From a virus, in IMG/VR virus record IMGVR_UViG_3300045988_184219: a DNA stretch of 64,000 nucleotides, one strand, 5' to 3'. A program made the translations under genes and the position numbers. The notes below the pieces were generated by a model. That model was not told where the DNA came from, searched no databases, and worked only from the letters and a program-made list of their open reading frames with translations. This document shows positions 28,717 to 38,481 of the stretch, piece by piece. The first letter of the stretch is position 1. Each line of letters opens with the position of its first letter.

Positions 28717-29136
28717 TTAACTAAGCATATCAAACACCTCTCTCATCTCCTTAGTCATCGGAGGAAACGGTGGCAACTCATATCCACTATTCCGCTCCTT
28801 CACATCGTTGTAAATCATTCGATAGCACAAATCCGCCCACACATAAATCTTCGCATAGTATTCCTTCTCCTCCGTAGAAATCTCACAACATCTAGAAATC
28901 TCATTCGACAACTTCCTCAATAAGTACCAGTGTTCAAAAGCTCCACGAGACACATCGTTTGGGTCAGGAAGATTGACCAAAAGACGGTGTATAATCATCT
29001 CGTTTTCTACAAGTACATAGCACTTATCTGAAGGAATCATTTCCTTCTTTTTGTAATAATAGTTTCGGTTTATATTGTACTCGCTACTACGATGAGCAGA
29101 CTTCTTGTTTCTGTTTTTGTTGCGATTGTTAGCCAT
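28717..29136 (-). CDS. hypothetical basic protein (139 aa; start at MANNRNKNRNKK)
   Basis: SD AAGAAAGGAAAATC before ATG 29136. Confidence 0.55.
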   Translation of the reverse strand: MANNRNKNRNKKSAHRSSEYNINRNYYYKKKEMIPSDKCYVLVENEMIIHRLLVNLPDPNDVSRGAFEHWYLLRKLSNEISRCCEISTEEKEYYAKIYVWADLCYRMIYNDVKERNSGYELPPFPPMTKEMREVFDMLS

Positions 29137-29302
29137 GATGATTTTCCTTTCTTGAAAAACATTATAAAAATTTTTCAACTCCTTCCATACACGGGAAGCA
29201 GTTTTCAAAGCACCACTTCCCGCATCAGGAAGGTTGAGAGAGGAGAGAATTAGAAAAATGGAATTAAACTAATTGGTTGTCTTATGTTTTGGGAAAGTAA
29301 GA

Positions 29303-29644
29303 TTATAGATATGGGAACATATCCAAATCTTCCTCGGAATACCCACAAGTTTTAAGAGACGTGTAGATGTCATAATAGAGCCAAGACTCCTCAGCATAAA
29401 TCTTCAAAAGTTGAAGCCGTTTCAGTTCAGAAAACCCTTCATACCGATAAAGGGAACCAGCCTCGTTTCGCATTTGCAGGTGATGGAGAAGAGAGTCGAT
29501 TGAGTAAAGCTCTTGCGGAGCTTCTTTTAATTTCTTATCCAATTCTGCGGCGCGATTGTAATGTTCAAGATTATTTTCACGCTCAGACTTGTGAATAATT
29601 TTAACTTCTTGACCGTTCTCATAGATTGTTGTTTCGTTTGTCAT
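29303..29644 (-). CDS. hypothetical protein (113 aa)
   Basis: SD AAAAGAAAGGCAAAGG before ATG 29644. Confidence 0.55.
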   Translation of the reverse strand: MTNETTIYENGQEVKIIHKSERENNLEHYNRAAELDKKLKEAPQELYSIDSLLHHLQMRNEAGSLYRYEGFSELKRLQLLKIYAEESWLYYDIYTSLKTCGYSEEDLDMFPYL

Positions 29645-29689
29645 AGTTGTACCTTTGCCTTTCTTTTGCAGAAAAATTTTCTCGGAGAT

Positions 29690-30160
29690 AATCTCTCCCT
29701 CTCAATAGAGAGCGGACACAAAACCGCGTTTTGGTCACTCTTTTTAAATTAGAAGTTAATTAAGATTTTTCTCGTCATTAACACCTTCTTTTTGATACCA
29801 AACTTTAACTGATTAGTTTCTATCCCCCTTTCAATAGAGTGCAGATAGATAAGTCGGTTTTGGTCACTCTTTTTTGATGAAAGTTCGATTAGGTTTTTGA
29901 ATGACCACGTTTTTAATAACTTTTTCCTCCTTTCAATAGATGTAGACATTAACAAGCGTTTTGGTCACTCCATTTCAAAAAAATTTTTTAAAAGTTCTTT
30001 TGATAGACCAAAGGGAAATCTGTAAGTGGATTCTCCTTCCTATAATAAAGAGGACATTGATAGGTGGTTTGGACACCTGTTTTTGAAAATTTTTCTATAA
30101 AAATTTCCCCTCTACTATTGAAAGGACAGAAATCATCAATCTTAGCGGATTTTTTGCAAT
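29690..30160. repeat. tandem array of 4-5 imperfect ~110-bp direct repeats (CTTTCAATAGAG...GTTTTGGTCACTC + T-tract)
   Basis: Units starting ~29697, 29825, 29928, 30036, plus an inverted-looking unit ~30105; each contains 2-3 small hairpins; no ORF. Confidence 0.55.
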
Positions 30161-30222
30161 TTATTTTTGGAAACAAAAAAAGAAGCCCTAAACAGGACTT
30201 CTTTTTCTTTTGTATCATCCGA

Positions 30223-30699
30223 TTAGTAGAGACACATCTGTTCCGCAGACTCCACCTTCTCAGACTCAACCGCCACCTTGTCAGGGTTCTCCCCACGTAG
30301 CTCGGCACGAACACGCATGAGGATCTTCCCCAACATATTCTTTCCGTAACCTTTGTAGACCCCCCAGTAGATGTCACCCCAATCGTTTCCCTCAACGAGC
30401 TCCTCATCGCCTGTAGCGAGAAGTTTCTGAGCGAGGTCGGGGTGTTGATCAAATTTTGCTCGCACAACATCAAGCATCACTTGATCTTTAACCTGCTCCC
30501 AGTCAGAACGCAACCGCACTCGCCGACCGAGCCTCTTTGCCTCAGATGGGTTCAATTTCGTGAACTCACCTGAGCGGACGGGGCACTTCTCGGAGTGGAA
30601 GGCCGCCTCTGTGTTTGTGAATGTGAGAAACCCGTGCTTGACAGGTACGGAATAGAAGTTGGAAAGGAAATAATACTTTCCTCGAAATTCGTTGATCAT
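30223..30699 (-). CDS. NADAR (YbiA/DUF1768) family protein
   Basis: Hallmarks YYFLSNFY, EAAFHSEKC, DWGDIYWGV, GKNMLGKILMRVRAEL; 158 aa. Confidence 0.75.
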   Translation of the reverse strand: MINEFRGKYYFLSNFYSVPVKHGFLTFTNTEAAFHSEKCPVRSGEFTKLNPSEAKRLGRRVRLRSDWEQVKDQVMLDVVRAKFDQHPDLAQKLLATGDEELVEGNDWGDIYWGVYKGYGKNMLGKILMRVRAELRGENPDKVAVESEKVESAEQMCLY

Positions 30700-31384
30700 A
30701 AAACCATCCTTTCTGAATCAAGAAAACGAACTCGATATATTTATTATATAACAAGGATGGATAGAAAGAAAGATAAACGCCTAGAGGAAGCGAGAAGAAA
30801 AGGGAGGAAGAGAGGAAAAACAGATGTTAAAGAAAACAAAAACTGCGCACCGTTATTTATCGGTACGCAGTTTTCGCGAGTTGGTTTATGTTCCTCGTCA
30901 TTTGACAAGGTAGAAAGGAGGCTTATTTATGCGGAGGGGTCGCTAACAGAAAGGATACGAAACCGTAACAACCAGTTCTCCGCCTGTACCATCGTGCCAT
31001 TACGACCACATGCGCAACTGCTCGGTACAGTTTCTATTATAATCATTGAAAGAGAAGGTATTTGGAGTTTTAATTTTAGATGTGTTTTTTGTTTTCAAAA
31101 CGAAAAAACGCCCCGTGACCATTCGGGACGTTTTTTCTGAGTTGTGTCAACCTATTGCCCACTATGAGCAAGCAGAAAGGAGGATCGAGAAGAGCGGCCA
31201 TTGCCCATCTCGATACACATATATTCTACCACAAACAAAAAAGTTTGTGGAGATATTTTCACAAGACAAGCAAAATTTTCTTTTATATCCGACAAAAACG
31301 ACACCAAACGAGAAAGCCTCAACCTCACGCTAGATGCCGCCGTTTCCTTTGGTTTATCAAATAAGATTAATTCATAAAAGAAAC

Positions 31385-32338
31385 TTACTTAATCAAATCA
31401 GCTCCAACGATAATCCCATTACCACCAACAATCTTAGGAAGCTCACCATTCCACTTTTCAATTCGTCTCTGCTCAATAACGCTCTGTGTCAAAGACTGTT
31501 GTAGCTTATAGTTCGCGGCCGACTGACCGTCAGCCTGAATGATAAGCGCATCCGACTCACCTTTTGCCTTAATCCGCGCAGTCTCAGCTTCAACTTCTGC
31601 CCGCTCCTTCTCGATCTTCGAGCGTTCAAGTTCATTTTGTGCGTTGACAACATTTTGAATTGCCTGAGCCGTCGCCTCGTCAGGGACAACATCCGAGAGG
31701 TTGAACGTCTCAATCACGATTCCGTAAGGCAATAAACTATCACGAAATTTTTCAAAGATTTTTGTATTAACATCAGGACGCTTATCTCCAACAAGTTCCA
31801 TAAGAGAATATTGAGATGTCACGTTGTTGACAGCCTCATACATTGAGTTTTTCATATACCCCGATTCAATCAACTCTATTTTCTGTCCTCGGAACTTCTC
31901 AAACACACGCGGGAGTGTTTCTACATCCATGTGATACGAGTAAGTGATAGAGACGTTGACCTGCTTACCATCTTTGGTGTTGACGTTAATCGAGCGATCT
32001 GTTTTCTCTGTCTCATTCCCCTTGGTATAGTAGACGGTCTCTGTCGAAATCGGATAGGAGGTTACGTGCTTCCAAGGCGCAACAAGGTGAAATCCCTGCG
32101 CCAAAGTTTCTCCCTCAATCCCTCCATCCATGTTGTACACAACTCCTGCGTAACCGGGGTTGATACGACACGTACAAGTGAACAAGACTATTACACCTAG
32201 GAGTAGGGCGACAGTCACACCTATGATTCCTGCCGCACGAGACTTCAACGCTACGATTTCAGTAGAGAGATGTTCTTTAGAGTTTGATGGAGTGAAATTA
32301 GAGTTATTTTTGTTACCGAATATCATCTTGAATATCAT
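31385..32338 (-). CDS. SPFH/band-7 (prohibitin/HflK-like) membrane protein (318 aa; start at MIFKMIFG)
   Basis: N-terminal TM IIGVTVALLLGVIVLF, SPFH core, Ala/Glu-rich coiled coil ERAEVEAETARIKAKGESDALIIQADGQSAANYK. Confidence 0.7.
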   Translation of the reverse strand: MIFKMIFGNKNNSNFTPSNSKEHLSTEIVALKSRAAGIIGVTVALLLGVIVLFTCTCRINPGYAGVVYNMDGGIEGETLAQGFHLVAPWKHVTSYPISTETVYYTKGNETEKTDRSINVNTKDGKQVNVSITYSYHMDVETLPRVFEKFRGQKIELIESGYMKNSMYEAVNNVTSQYSLMELVGDKRPDVNTKIFEKFRDSLLPYGIVIETFNLSDVVPDEATAQAIQNVVNAQNELERSKIEKERAEVEAETARIKAKGESDALIIQADGQSAANYKLQQSLTQSVIEQRRIEKWNGELPKIVGGNGIIVGADLIK

Positions 32339-32461
32339 TCCTTCCAATGAATTTGTTAAACGTTTTTTGAATGAAAAGTGTTGCGGATTTTCCATAGCGA
32401 ATACATAAGTAGACCCATAAGACAAACAATGTAACAACGAGGATGATAGCAAAGCCTCGCA
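32312..32461 (-). CDS. possible small membrane peptide (49 aa, MRGFAIILVVTLFVLWVYLCIRYGK...) upstream of the SPFH gene
   Basis: ATG 32461 preceded by strong SD AGAAAGGAAG; one TM helix; below the ORF-track size cutoff. Confidence 0.35.
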
Positions 32462-32809
32462 TAGTGCAATCTTCCTTTCTTTGAGAGATTTTTTATTTTG
32501 AAAGATATTTCTATGATAGCACTTTTTAGTGTGATTTTGGAGGTAAAAATTGTAGGCATTTGTTAGATGCAAAAAGAACGCCCAATTAAGGACGCTCCGT
32601 TTGCAGATTGTTTTTTAGAAAGGAGGCGATGCTTTCAATCACCCTAAACCAACAAGAATTTTACGTGTCAGCTTGGTCAAGCATCGTAGGGTGTTTCCTG
32701 ACTTCTTTGACAGTATAACTGATAGTTAAGTTCCACGATGAAGTTTTTGTTTTTACGTGGATTTTTTTTGATAAGCCAAAGAAAAGGTTGCAAGGAACGT
32801 TTCGGTGCA

Positions 32810-33005
32810 TACGAAAAGAGCGCCCTTAGCCATCAGGACGCTCTCTCCGCGAGTTGTTAGTTGGTTAGTTGCTATCTTTCGATAGCCAGTCAGAAAGGAG
32901 GATTCGTAACGGTGTCCCCCGCGGCCCATTCTGCCGCATATCTAGCCGCTTGGCGACGGGGCACCGTTTGAGCCGTTCTGGGGGCTACGCTCGCTCCCTC
33001 GGCTC
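32810..33005 (-). ncRNA. candidate small ncRNA cassette with 16S-3'-end-like tail (paralog of 6188..6358)
   Basis: Near-identical promoter-proximal 150 nt to 6210-6365, with an extra GCTATCTTTCGATAGC hairpin inserted; ORF 32869..33342 shares only the nt-identical part. Confidence 0.45.
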
Positions 33006-33214
33006 ATTTACTATTATACCTATTTTGAAAATGTGTGCTGGGAGTTTTGCGCAATGGACGATTTTTCTTTTTCTATTTTCTTTTTTCCACCCTCACACAC
33101 AAAAAACCGACAACAATAAAACAAACACTTATTCCCGCAAAGAAACACAAAAGAAAAGACCATTGGAAGATGAAAGAGTTTCTTCCTTTGATCTATGTCC
33201 TTTCGACAAAACGG

Positions 33215-33559
33215 TTATGTGGTCTGAGCTAACTTCGCCATTTCAAGATACGATAACACAGTCGTCATCACCTGTTTTGAGGAATCCTCGGCGACCGAGA
33301 ACGGCGACCCTGCCCAATAATCCTCGTTTAAGGCTTGATTAAGGGCGAAATGCGCAAGCTTCTTTCCATGACGGAGCTTTCGGAAGTCCGAGATTCTCCA
33401 TACATAGACGATCAACCCAGCCCGGATGCGCTCTAACTTCTTTTTGTAGAGTCCGCGCATTTGCTCGTTGTCGTAATTGTTGATGTACTTACGCTTTTCT
33501 GAGTGGTAGCGCGTCAACCACATATCGAACTCCTCAAAACTATCAATCAAAACATCCAT
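33215..33559 (-). CDS. paralog family G protein (114 aa)
   Basis: KKKLERIRAGLIVYVWRISDF matches KKLARIRAEIVIYVWRVLGF in 45210..45567. Confidence 0.6.
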   Translation of the reverse strand: MDVLIDSFEEFDMWLTRYHSEKRKYINNYDNEQMRGLYKKKLERIRAGLIVYVWRISDFRKLRHGKKLAHFALNQALNEDYWAGSPFSVAEDSSKQVMTTVLSYLEMAKLAQTT

Positions 33560-33683
33560 CTCAAAACCTCCATTTCGAAAACAAAAATTATAAACTCGAT
33601 AGCTTTATTATATAGCTTTCCTCCAACACAAACCACAAAAAGCGACACACCTACCAAATAAGTGTGTCGCCACATTGTTTTTG

Positions 33684-34013
33684 TTAAACCTTACCTTTTT
33701 TAGATACCATCGCATTCTTGATACACAACGCCACAAAATCCTCCCACGCATCCTTGTCTTCGACCTCACCAATACGACCCATAATCACGATCTCGCACAG
33801 AGCGTCGGTAACGCCATCACGAAGAACATCAACCTCACCGCCGTGAAATTTGAAGTCAGGGTGTTCATCTAAATAGGCAACAACAGTGTCAAGAGTATGC
33901 TTATAAGAAATAAGTTCCTCCACATCTCCAGAACCACACAGCATTGCTTCGTTCCAAAACTCCTCAAAAGCATCACGAGCAGGGAACTCATCGTTTTTCC
34001 ACATAGCCGTCAT
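33684..34013 (-). CDS. paralog family H protein (109 aa)
   Basis: Similar size and acidic/aromatic pattern to 34070..34429 and 34446..34757. Confidence 0.5.
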   Translation of the reverse strand: MTAMWKNDEFPARDAFEEFWNEAMLCGSGDVEELISYKHTLDTVVAYLDEHPDFKFHGGEVDVLRDGVTDALCEIVIMGRIGEVEDKDAWEDFVALCIKNAMVSKKGKV

Positions 34014-34069
34014 CTTCTCACCGCACCGTTCTTTTGGTCAACTTACCACACAATAAATAACCCAAACAA

Positions 34070-34429
34070 CTACTCCTCGCCATAGAACTCCGCCTCCGTC
34101 CTCCAAAATAACGGGAGATTGCGAAGGTTGTTTGCCTGAACAAGAACAATTCTAGAAAACGCATCAAACGAACCATCTCCTGAAAAACGAGGAACAGCCA
34201 TAATCGCAAGGGCAGTCTTAACGATCACGCAAATTAACTCTCTATCGCCGTTAAGGAACGCGAAGTCAGAATCCTGTTCGATGTAATCTGCAAGAATACC
34301 ACGATAGCGACCAATATCATAGATTCGCGACATTGCATTGTCATGATCCCAATCACCTGAGTTATGGATTTTCTTCCAACGCTCAAATGCGTCGCGAGCA
34401 TCTTTTTCGACCTTAGTTATTTTAGCCAA
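34070..34429 (-). CDS. paralog family H protein (119 aa)
   Basis: ORF with SD; tandem position. Confidence 0.5.
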   Translation of the reverse strand: MAKITKVEKDARDAFERWKKIHNSGDWDHDNAMSRIYDIGRYRGILADYIEQDSDFAFLNGDRELICVIVKTALAIMAVPRFSGDGSFDAFSRIVLVQANNLRNLPLFWRTEAEFYGEE

Positions 34430-34445
34430 AATGTAGACCTTCTTC

Positions 34446-34757
34446 CTATTTATACGTCAACACATCCTCTGGAACAATCAGCGACATATACTTAGCCGTT
34501 TCAACCATAAACCGCTCAGGTGTAGTCTTATTAGAATCTCCGACCTTCACAAAGGTATCGAGAGCGTTCTTGGTTGCAATCTGGAGGATTTCATCCTTAC
34601 CACTGAAATGGAAGTGTCGATAGTTCCACTGAACATAGCGCAGAATCCCGTCAAACAGAAAGTTCCCGTCAAACTCCATTTCACCCGTCTTTCGAGCAAG
34701 CGCGAGGAAACCACTTAGATCAATCTTGAAATCATCGAATCGAACCATAGTTTTCAA
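34446..34757 (-). CDS. paralog family H protein (103 aa)
   Basis: ORF, 4-nt overlap with the upstream gene. Confidence 0.5.
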   Translation of the reverse strand: MKTMVRFDDFKIDLSGFLALARKTGEMEFDGNFLFDGILRYVQWNYRHFHFSGKDEILQIATKNALDTFVKVGDSNKTTPERFMVETAKYMSLIVPEDVLTYK

Positions 34758-35194
34758 TACCCCCTCCGCGTATTTCGATCAAGCTCCGTCATTCCATCGT
34801 TTTTGTAAAGGTCAACGAGAAAACGGCTCAAAGCAACAAACAGTCCATTAGACTCTTTCCCGCTATTGTGTTGATAGAGGAGAACAAACTCTCGCGACGA
34901 GAATGGAACCACCATCTTAACCGTCTCTCCGTCAAAGAAAGTCGCCTCAATTACATCATCCCGCTCACCGAGGATTGCAGAGCGAGGGGAAAACACAAGG
35001 TTGACACGAGAAATTCCTTCAGGACTATCAGGGAACGGAATTATGCCAAGGGAAAACCGTCCACTCCCAATCGGCTCAAATCCATGTTCCTCTTTGAGGG
35101 GAGTCTCCCAGTAAAGGAATCCACAAAGCTTCTTGAACATAAAAGGAGAGAGTCTTTTCGAATTGGAGATGATTTCTGCGATTGTGCGTGCCAT
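34754..35194 (-). CDS. hypothetical protein (146 aa; start at MARTIAEII)
   Basis: SD GGAGGAAAATCAAT before ATG 35194. Confidence 0.55.
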   Translation of the reverse strand: MARTIAEIISNSKRLSPFMFKKLCGFLYWETPLKEEHGFEPIGSGRFSLGIIPFPDSPEGISRVNLVFSPRSAILGERDDVIEATFFDGETVKMVVPFSSREFVLLYQHNSGKESNGLFVALSRFLVDLYKNDGMTELDRNTRRGY

Positions 35195-35207
35195 ATTGAT
35201 TTTCCTC

Positions 35208-35438
35208 CTACCCGACGACCTTAAACGAGTCCACACTGGGAATCAGGCTTAATGTTGAACCTGTCTCCCAACGCATCATTAACTGACCTGAATCATCCAC
35301 AGCAATAACCGTTCCGATTGTACCCGGAGGAGGGTTCTTTTCCTCATCCATTTCAATTAACTCGATTTTTGTTCCTTCAGGGTATCGCTCTCTGAGGGCT
35401 GCGACCTGTTCTCTGCTTGGAAATCTCATGTTAGGCAT
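35208..35438 (-). CDS. hypothetical small protein (76 aa)
   Basis: SD AAGAAAGGATC before ATG; cassette block 35455-35480. Confidence 0.5.
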   Translation of the reverse strand: MPNMRFPSREQVAALRERYPEGTKIELIEMDEEKNPPPGTIGTVIAVDDSGQLMMRWETGSTLSLIPSVDSFKVVG

Positions 35439-35580
35439 TTTAGATCCTTTCTTTTTTCTTCCAACAACTTTTGTATCTTTATTATATAACTTTTCGCTAG
35501 ACCAAAAGAGAAAAACGGCACAACCGTGAGTTTTCTTTCTCGACGGGATGTGTCGTTTTTGAGTTAAGTGTCCCTTTAGG

Positions 35581-35910
35581 TTATTTCAATTTGGCAAACG
35601 AGAGGTAGAAATCCTCATAGTCATCAACGAGGTCAATCATCGCCACAGAATCCAAATCACCATCATGTGCATGAAGGCAACAATGTTCATAAGCAAGCTT
35701 GAATGCTCGTTCAAGAACCTCAACGTTCTGCGTTTTGGAGTCCAAAAGGAGAAGGTCGATGATTCTATTTAGTCTTTCACGGCGAGCATGTTCGTACCGA
35801 CTAACTTCATCAGGATAGTTCGGACGCACCCCCCAACGGAGCACATCACTATAGCAACGAAGGCAGTGGTCGAATTTGCGGGCATTTTCTTCTTGCTCAA
35901 TCTTTCTCAC
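35581..35910 (-). CDS. hypothetical protein (109 aa)
   Basis: ORF with SD AAGAAGGTTTC. Confidence 0.5.
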   Translation of the reverse strand: MRKIEQEENARKFDHCLRCYSDVLRWGVRPNYPDEVSRYEHARRERLNRIIDLLLLDSKTQNVEVLERAFKLAYEHCCLHAHDGDLDSVAMIDLVDDYEDFYLSFAKLK

Positions 35911-35942
35911 AATGAAACCTTCTTTCTTTGTCCGCGCACAAA

Positions 35943-36293
35943 TTAGTCAAGTCCCGCCGCCATCCGAGCGACATCGAGGTAGGACTCAGCCTCAGAGCAA
36001 AAACGACGATAGATTTCAAGCATAGAATCATCCACGTCATCATCAAGAGAAACCTCACGGTTCTCATTACACTCAACAGCTTCCCAAACGCGGTCAAAGA
36101 TGCGACGACCATTCGGGAGTTCAGCAAACGCAGAATTTCCGAACACATTGTCACGCGCACAAGCCATTTCGTAGCACTGACGATCAGTCATCTCGCGCAG
36201 AGAGATTCCACTACGACGGATTTCCTCAACCTTCTCATCGACGAAAATCATAATATCTTCCACATCGCGAACCATAACATTCTTCTTGCTCAT
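35943..36293 (-). CDS. hypothetical protein (116 aa)
   Basis: SD AAGAAAGCGGAGGAA before ATG 36293. Confidence 0.55.
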   Translation of the reverse strand: MSKKNVMVRDVEDIMIFVDEKVEEIRRSGISLREMTDRQCYEMACARDNVFGNSAFAELPNGRRIFDRVWEAVECNENREVSLDDDVDDSMLEIYRRFCSEAESYLDVARMAAGLD

Positions 36294-36399
36294 TTTTAAT
36301 TCCTCCGCTTTCTTTCGTAGATCAACAAATCATTTCGATAGTTTTATTATATAACAAAATTGATGGATGAGCTGAGGTTTTTCGTTGGGAAAGAGGATT

Positions 36400-36480
36400 T
36401 AATTGGATTAACTCAATTAACAGAGTCTTGTTAATTGAGTTAATCGAGTCAACAAGGTCAACAAGGTCAACAAGGTCAAC
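36400..36480. repeat. AT-rich 17-bp-arm palindrome (GATTAACTCAATTAACA..TGTTAATTGAGTTAATC) followed by GTCAACAAG x4
   Basis: Occupies the position normally taken by the GC hairpin terminator; related TTAATTGAG tandem at 4040-4095. Confidence 0.5.
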
Positions 36481-36499
36481 AATCTTCCCCTTTGGGCTA

Positions 36500-37232
36500 T
36501 AAAAAATGAAAACGCCCTGCGACAAGCACAGGACGTTCTCTCGAACACTTTCCACACAATAAGTCACGGGATCATCCCCCTCGGGATTCAACGGCAACTC
36601 ATTGTACTGCAACCACCGATGTTCACACGGCTGGTATCATCATCCTCGCGCCCCACAACGAGGAAACCACAAGATTTTGGGGCAATATTTGACGGCACTC
36701 GCACCACCTCTAGCCACGCGTGATTTGCAGTTACGAGCGACTTGTCGGGACGTATCTTCGCGGCGGGGTCAACGGGTGTTATGCCCTCTCCCACCATCCA
36801 GTCCACCATCCACTCCTCTTGTGCGTGGTTAGCCGTCATGAGGTCTTTGCGACGTAATGTATGTTATCAGCCGTAGTTTAGGGAGATTGCACTCCGAATC
36901 AGTCTATCACATCGGACGTTTACCCGCCATCATGGTTGCTTCTCCTCTCTAGGTCTTTCAAGCTCTTTTTTCAAAGTAGGGCTGTTTCCCGCTTATCCGA
37001 ATTCTCGCGAAGCCCTTATATCACCCGCCGCACCCCACCATCGGAGTACGTCTAGCACGCGGGGATTTTAACATTGTTTAGGCGGTCGAGGTTGCTCGCG
37101 GAGGTCGATTTCCACGTCCTCGGGAGAGACTCTCAACAGGTGTCTAGCGTTCCTCATGTGCGCCGCTTTAGCTGCGCGGAGTTGCGTCAACCTGCCTGAG
37201 CCGCCTACCAACTTTTCGTCGGTGTCCCTCTC
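36500..37232 (-). ncRNA. candidate large (~730 nt) structured ncRNA, copy 2
   Basis: Paralog of 6436..7155: shared blocks GGTTAGCCGTCATGAGGTCTTTGCGACGTAAT and GTCTAGCACGCGGGGATTTTAACATTGTTTAGGCGG; promoter box 37238-37250; terminator 36510-36545. Confidence 0.5.
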
Positions 37233-37365
37233 GATGGTTTTATTATAGCAGGTTCAAACGAGAATGTGGAGAATTTTTGTTGAGTCGAAGGTTTTTCTTT
37301 TTCGAGAGAGGTGGGAGGTGTCGGGAACCAGTTTCTTTGGCTTATCCTATCCGACTTAACCGACT

Positions 37366-37394
37366 ATGACGGGCGACTTTCCAGACTACATAAT
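37366..37394 (+). promoter_or_regulatory. sigma-70-like promoter on + strand (TATGAC-18-CATAAT)
   Basis: Related to 7375 and 58868; downstream ~85 nt conserved with the 58897 region. Confidence 0.45.
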
Positions 37395-37825
37395 CCACAC
37401 CATCTCAGACAAACCTTTCCCTTGGTCTATCCACAAAAAAACGGCGCACCTGCCACATAACGAGCACGCCGAAATAGTTTCAAAACCCATACACAAATGT
37501 GACAAGGTTAAGTTTGCAGAGCACCGAACGCTTGACTGAGGAGCGCCCGAAGGTTCTCCACGCGTTCACGAACGGGTCATACTGGCGCAACTACGACGCC
37601 CCTACACGCGCACTTTCTTACGTTTCTGCACGCTTACTTTTGCGAGTTTTTATACTCCGACTTTTCTCGTTTGTCGCGCATACCGTCCCATCCTTCTTTT
37701 CGACAAGGCGAACTCGCTTGCGTTTAGTATAACAAAACTTTGCTCGTTTGTCAATAAAAATTTACGTTTGTTTAATGGTTAAGTGAAGTTTTACAATACG
37801 CCTAACAACAAACAATCCCCTTGGT

Positions 37826-38419
37826 TTATCCATTCCGCTCATCCACTTCGTAAATCATTCGTCCATCTTCCGTATAGTCCATGTCCAACTCCTCAAGGTG
37901 CGCCCGAATAGATTCGTCCGAGAAATATTCTTTTGCCTTCTCCTTTACATATCCTTCTGCAAAGTGACCAATAAGGCTCATAATACCCGACACAACATCT
38001 TCCAGTGCGACCAAATCAATCTCTTTCATAGTAAGAGAACATTCGATTCGTCCAGAAGAAAAACCATCCATGTAGATAGCGTCTAAACCAAGAACGTCTC
38101 TCTCATCAAAACTGAACTGCACACGATCCTTGAGTTGCGAGCGAACAAAGTCCTTGAGATCATCTTCGTCTGTACTCTGCAACCGAACCATGACGGAAGG
38201 AATCGGATAATCGTCTTCAATCGACCAGCGGAACGCACTGAACATAGGTTCGATACGAAGAACACTGTATAAGAGTCGGAATCGCTCACATATCGCATCC
38301 TTCACATCAAGACTGATCTTATCAAGTACAGTATCAAGATACCAAACGGAGCGAAACGCTTCCATAATCGCCGTTTTCTGGGCGTCAGGAGAAAGATTTG
38401 TAAAGCTGATTTTCTGCAT
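37826..38419 (-). CDS. paralog family C protein (197 aa; start at MQKISFTNLS)
   Basis: SD GAAAGGAAGGAAAATC; N-term FTNLSPDAQKTAIMEAF; C-term HLEELDMDYTEDGRMIYEV. Confidence 0.65.
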   Translation of the reverse strand: MQKISFTNLSPDAQKTAIMEAFRSVWYLDTVLDKISLDVKDAICERFRLLYSVLRIEPMFSAFRWSIEDDYPIPSVMVRLQSTDEDDLKDFVRSQLKDRVQFSFDERDVLGLDAIYMDGFSSGRIECSLTMKEIDLVALEDVVSGIMSLIGHFAEGYVKEKAKEYFSDESIRAHLEELDMDYTEDGRMIYEVDERNG

Positions 38420-38481
38420 GATTTTCCTTCCTTTCAAAGAGAAAACGGCATATTTTCTTCTATATGCCGTTTCTCATAACC

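Noticed and set aside
29988-30473. 161-aa minus ORF overlapping the NADAR gene and the tandem-repeat array
   Set aside because: It is out of frame with the well-supported NADAR CDS and extends into repeat DNA.
36322-36612. 96-aa minus ORF containing VDLVDLVDLVD
   Set aside because: The repeat-derived translation of GTCAACAAG x4 spans the promoter box and a terminator.
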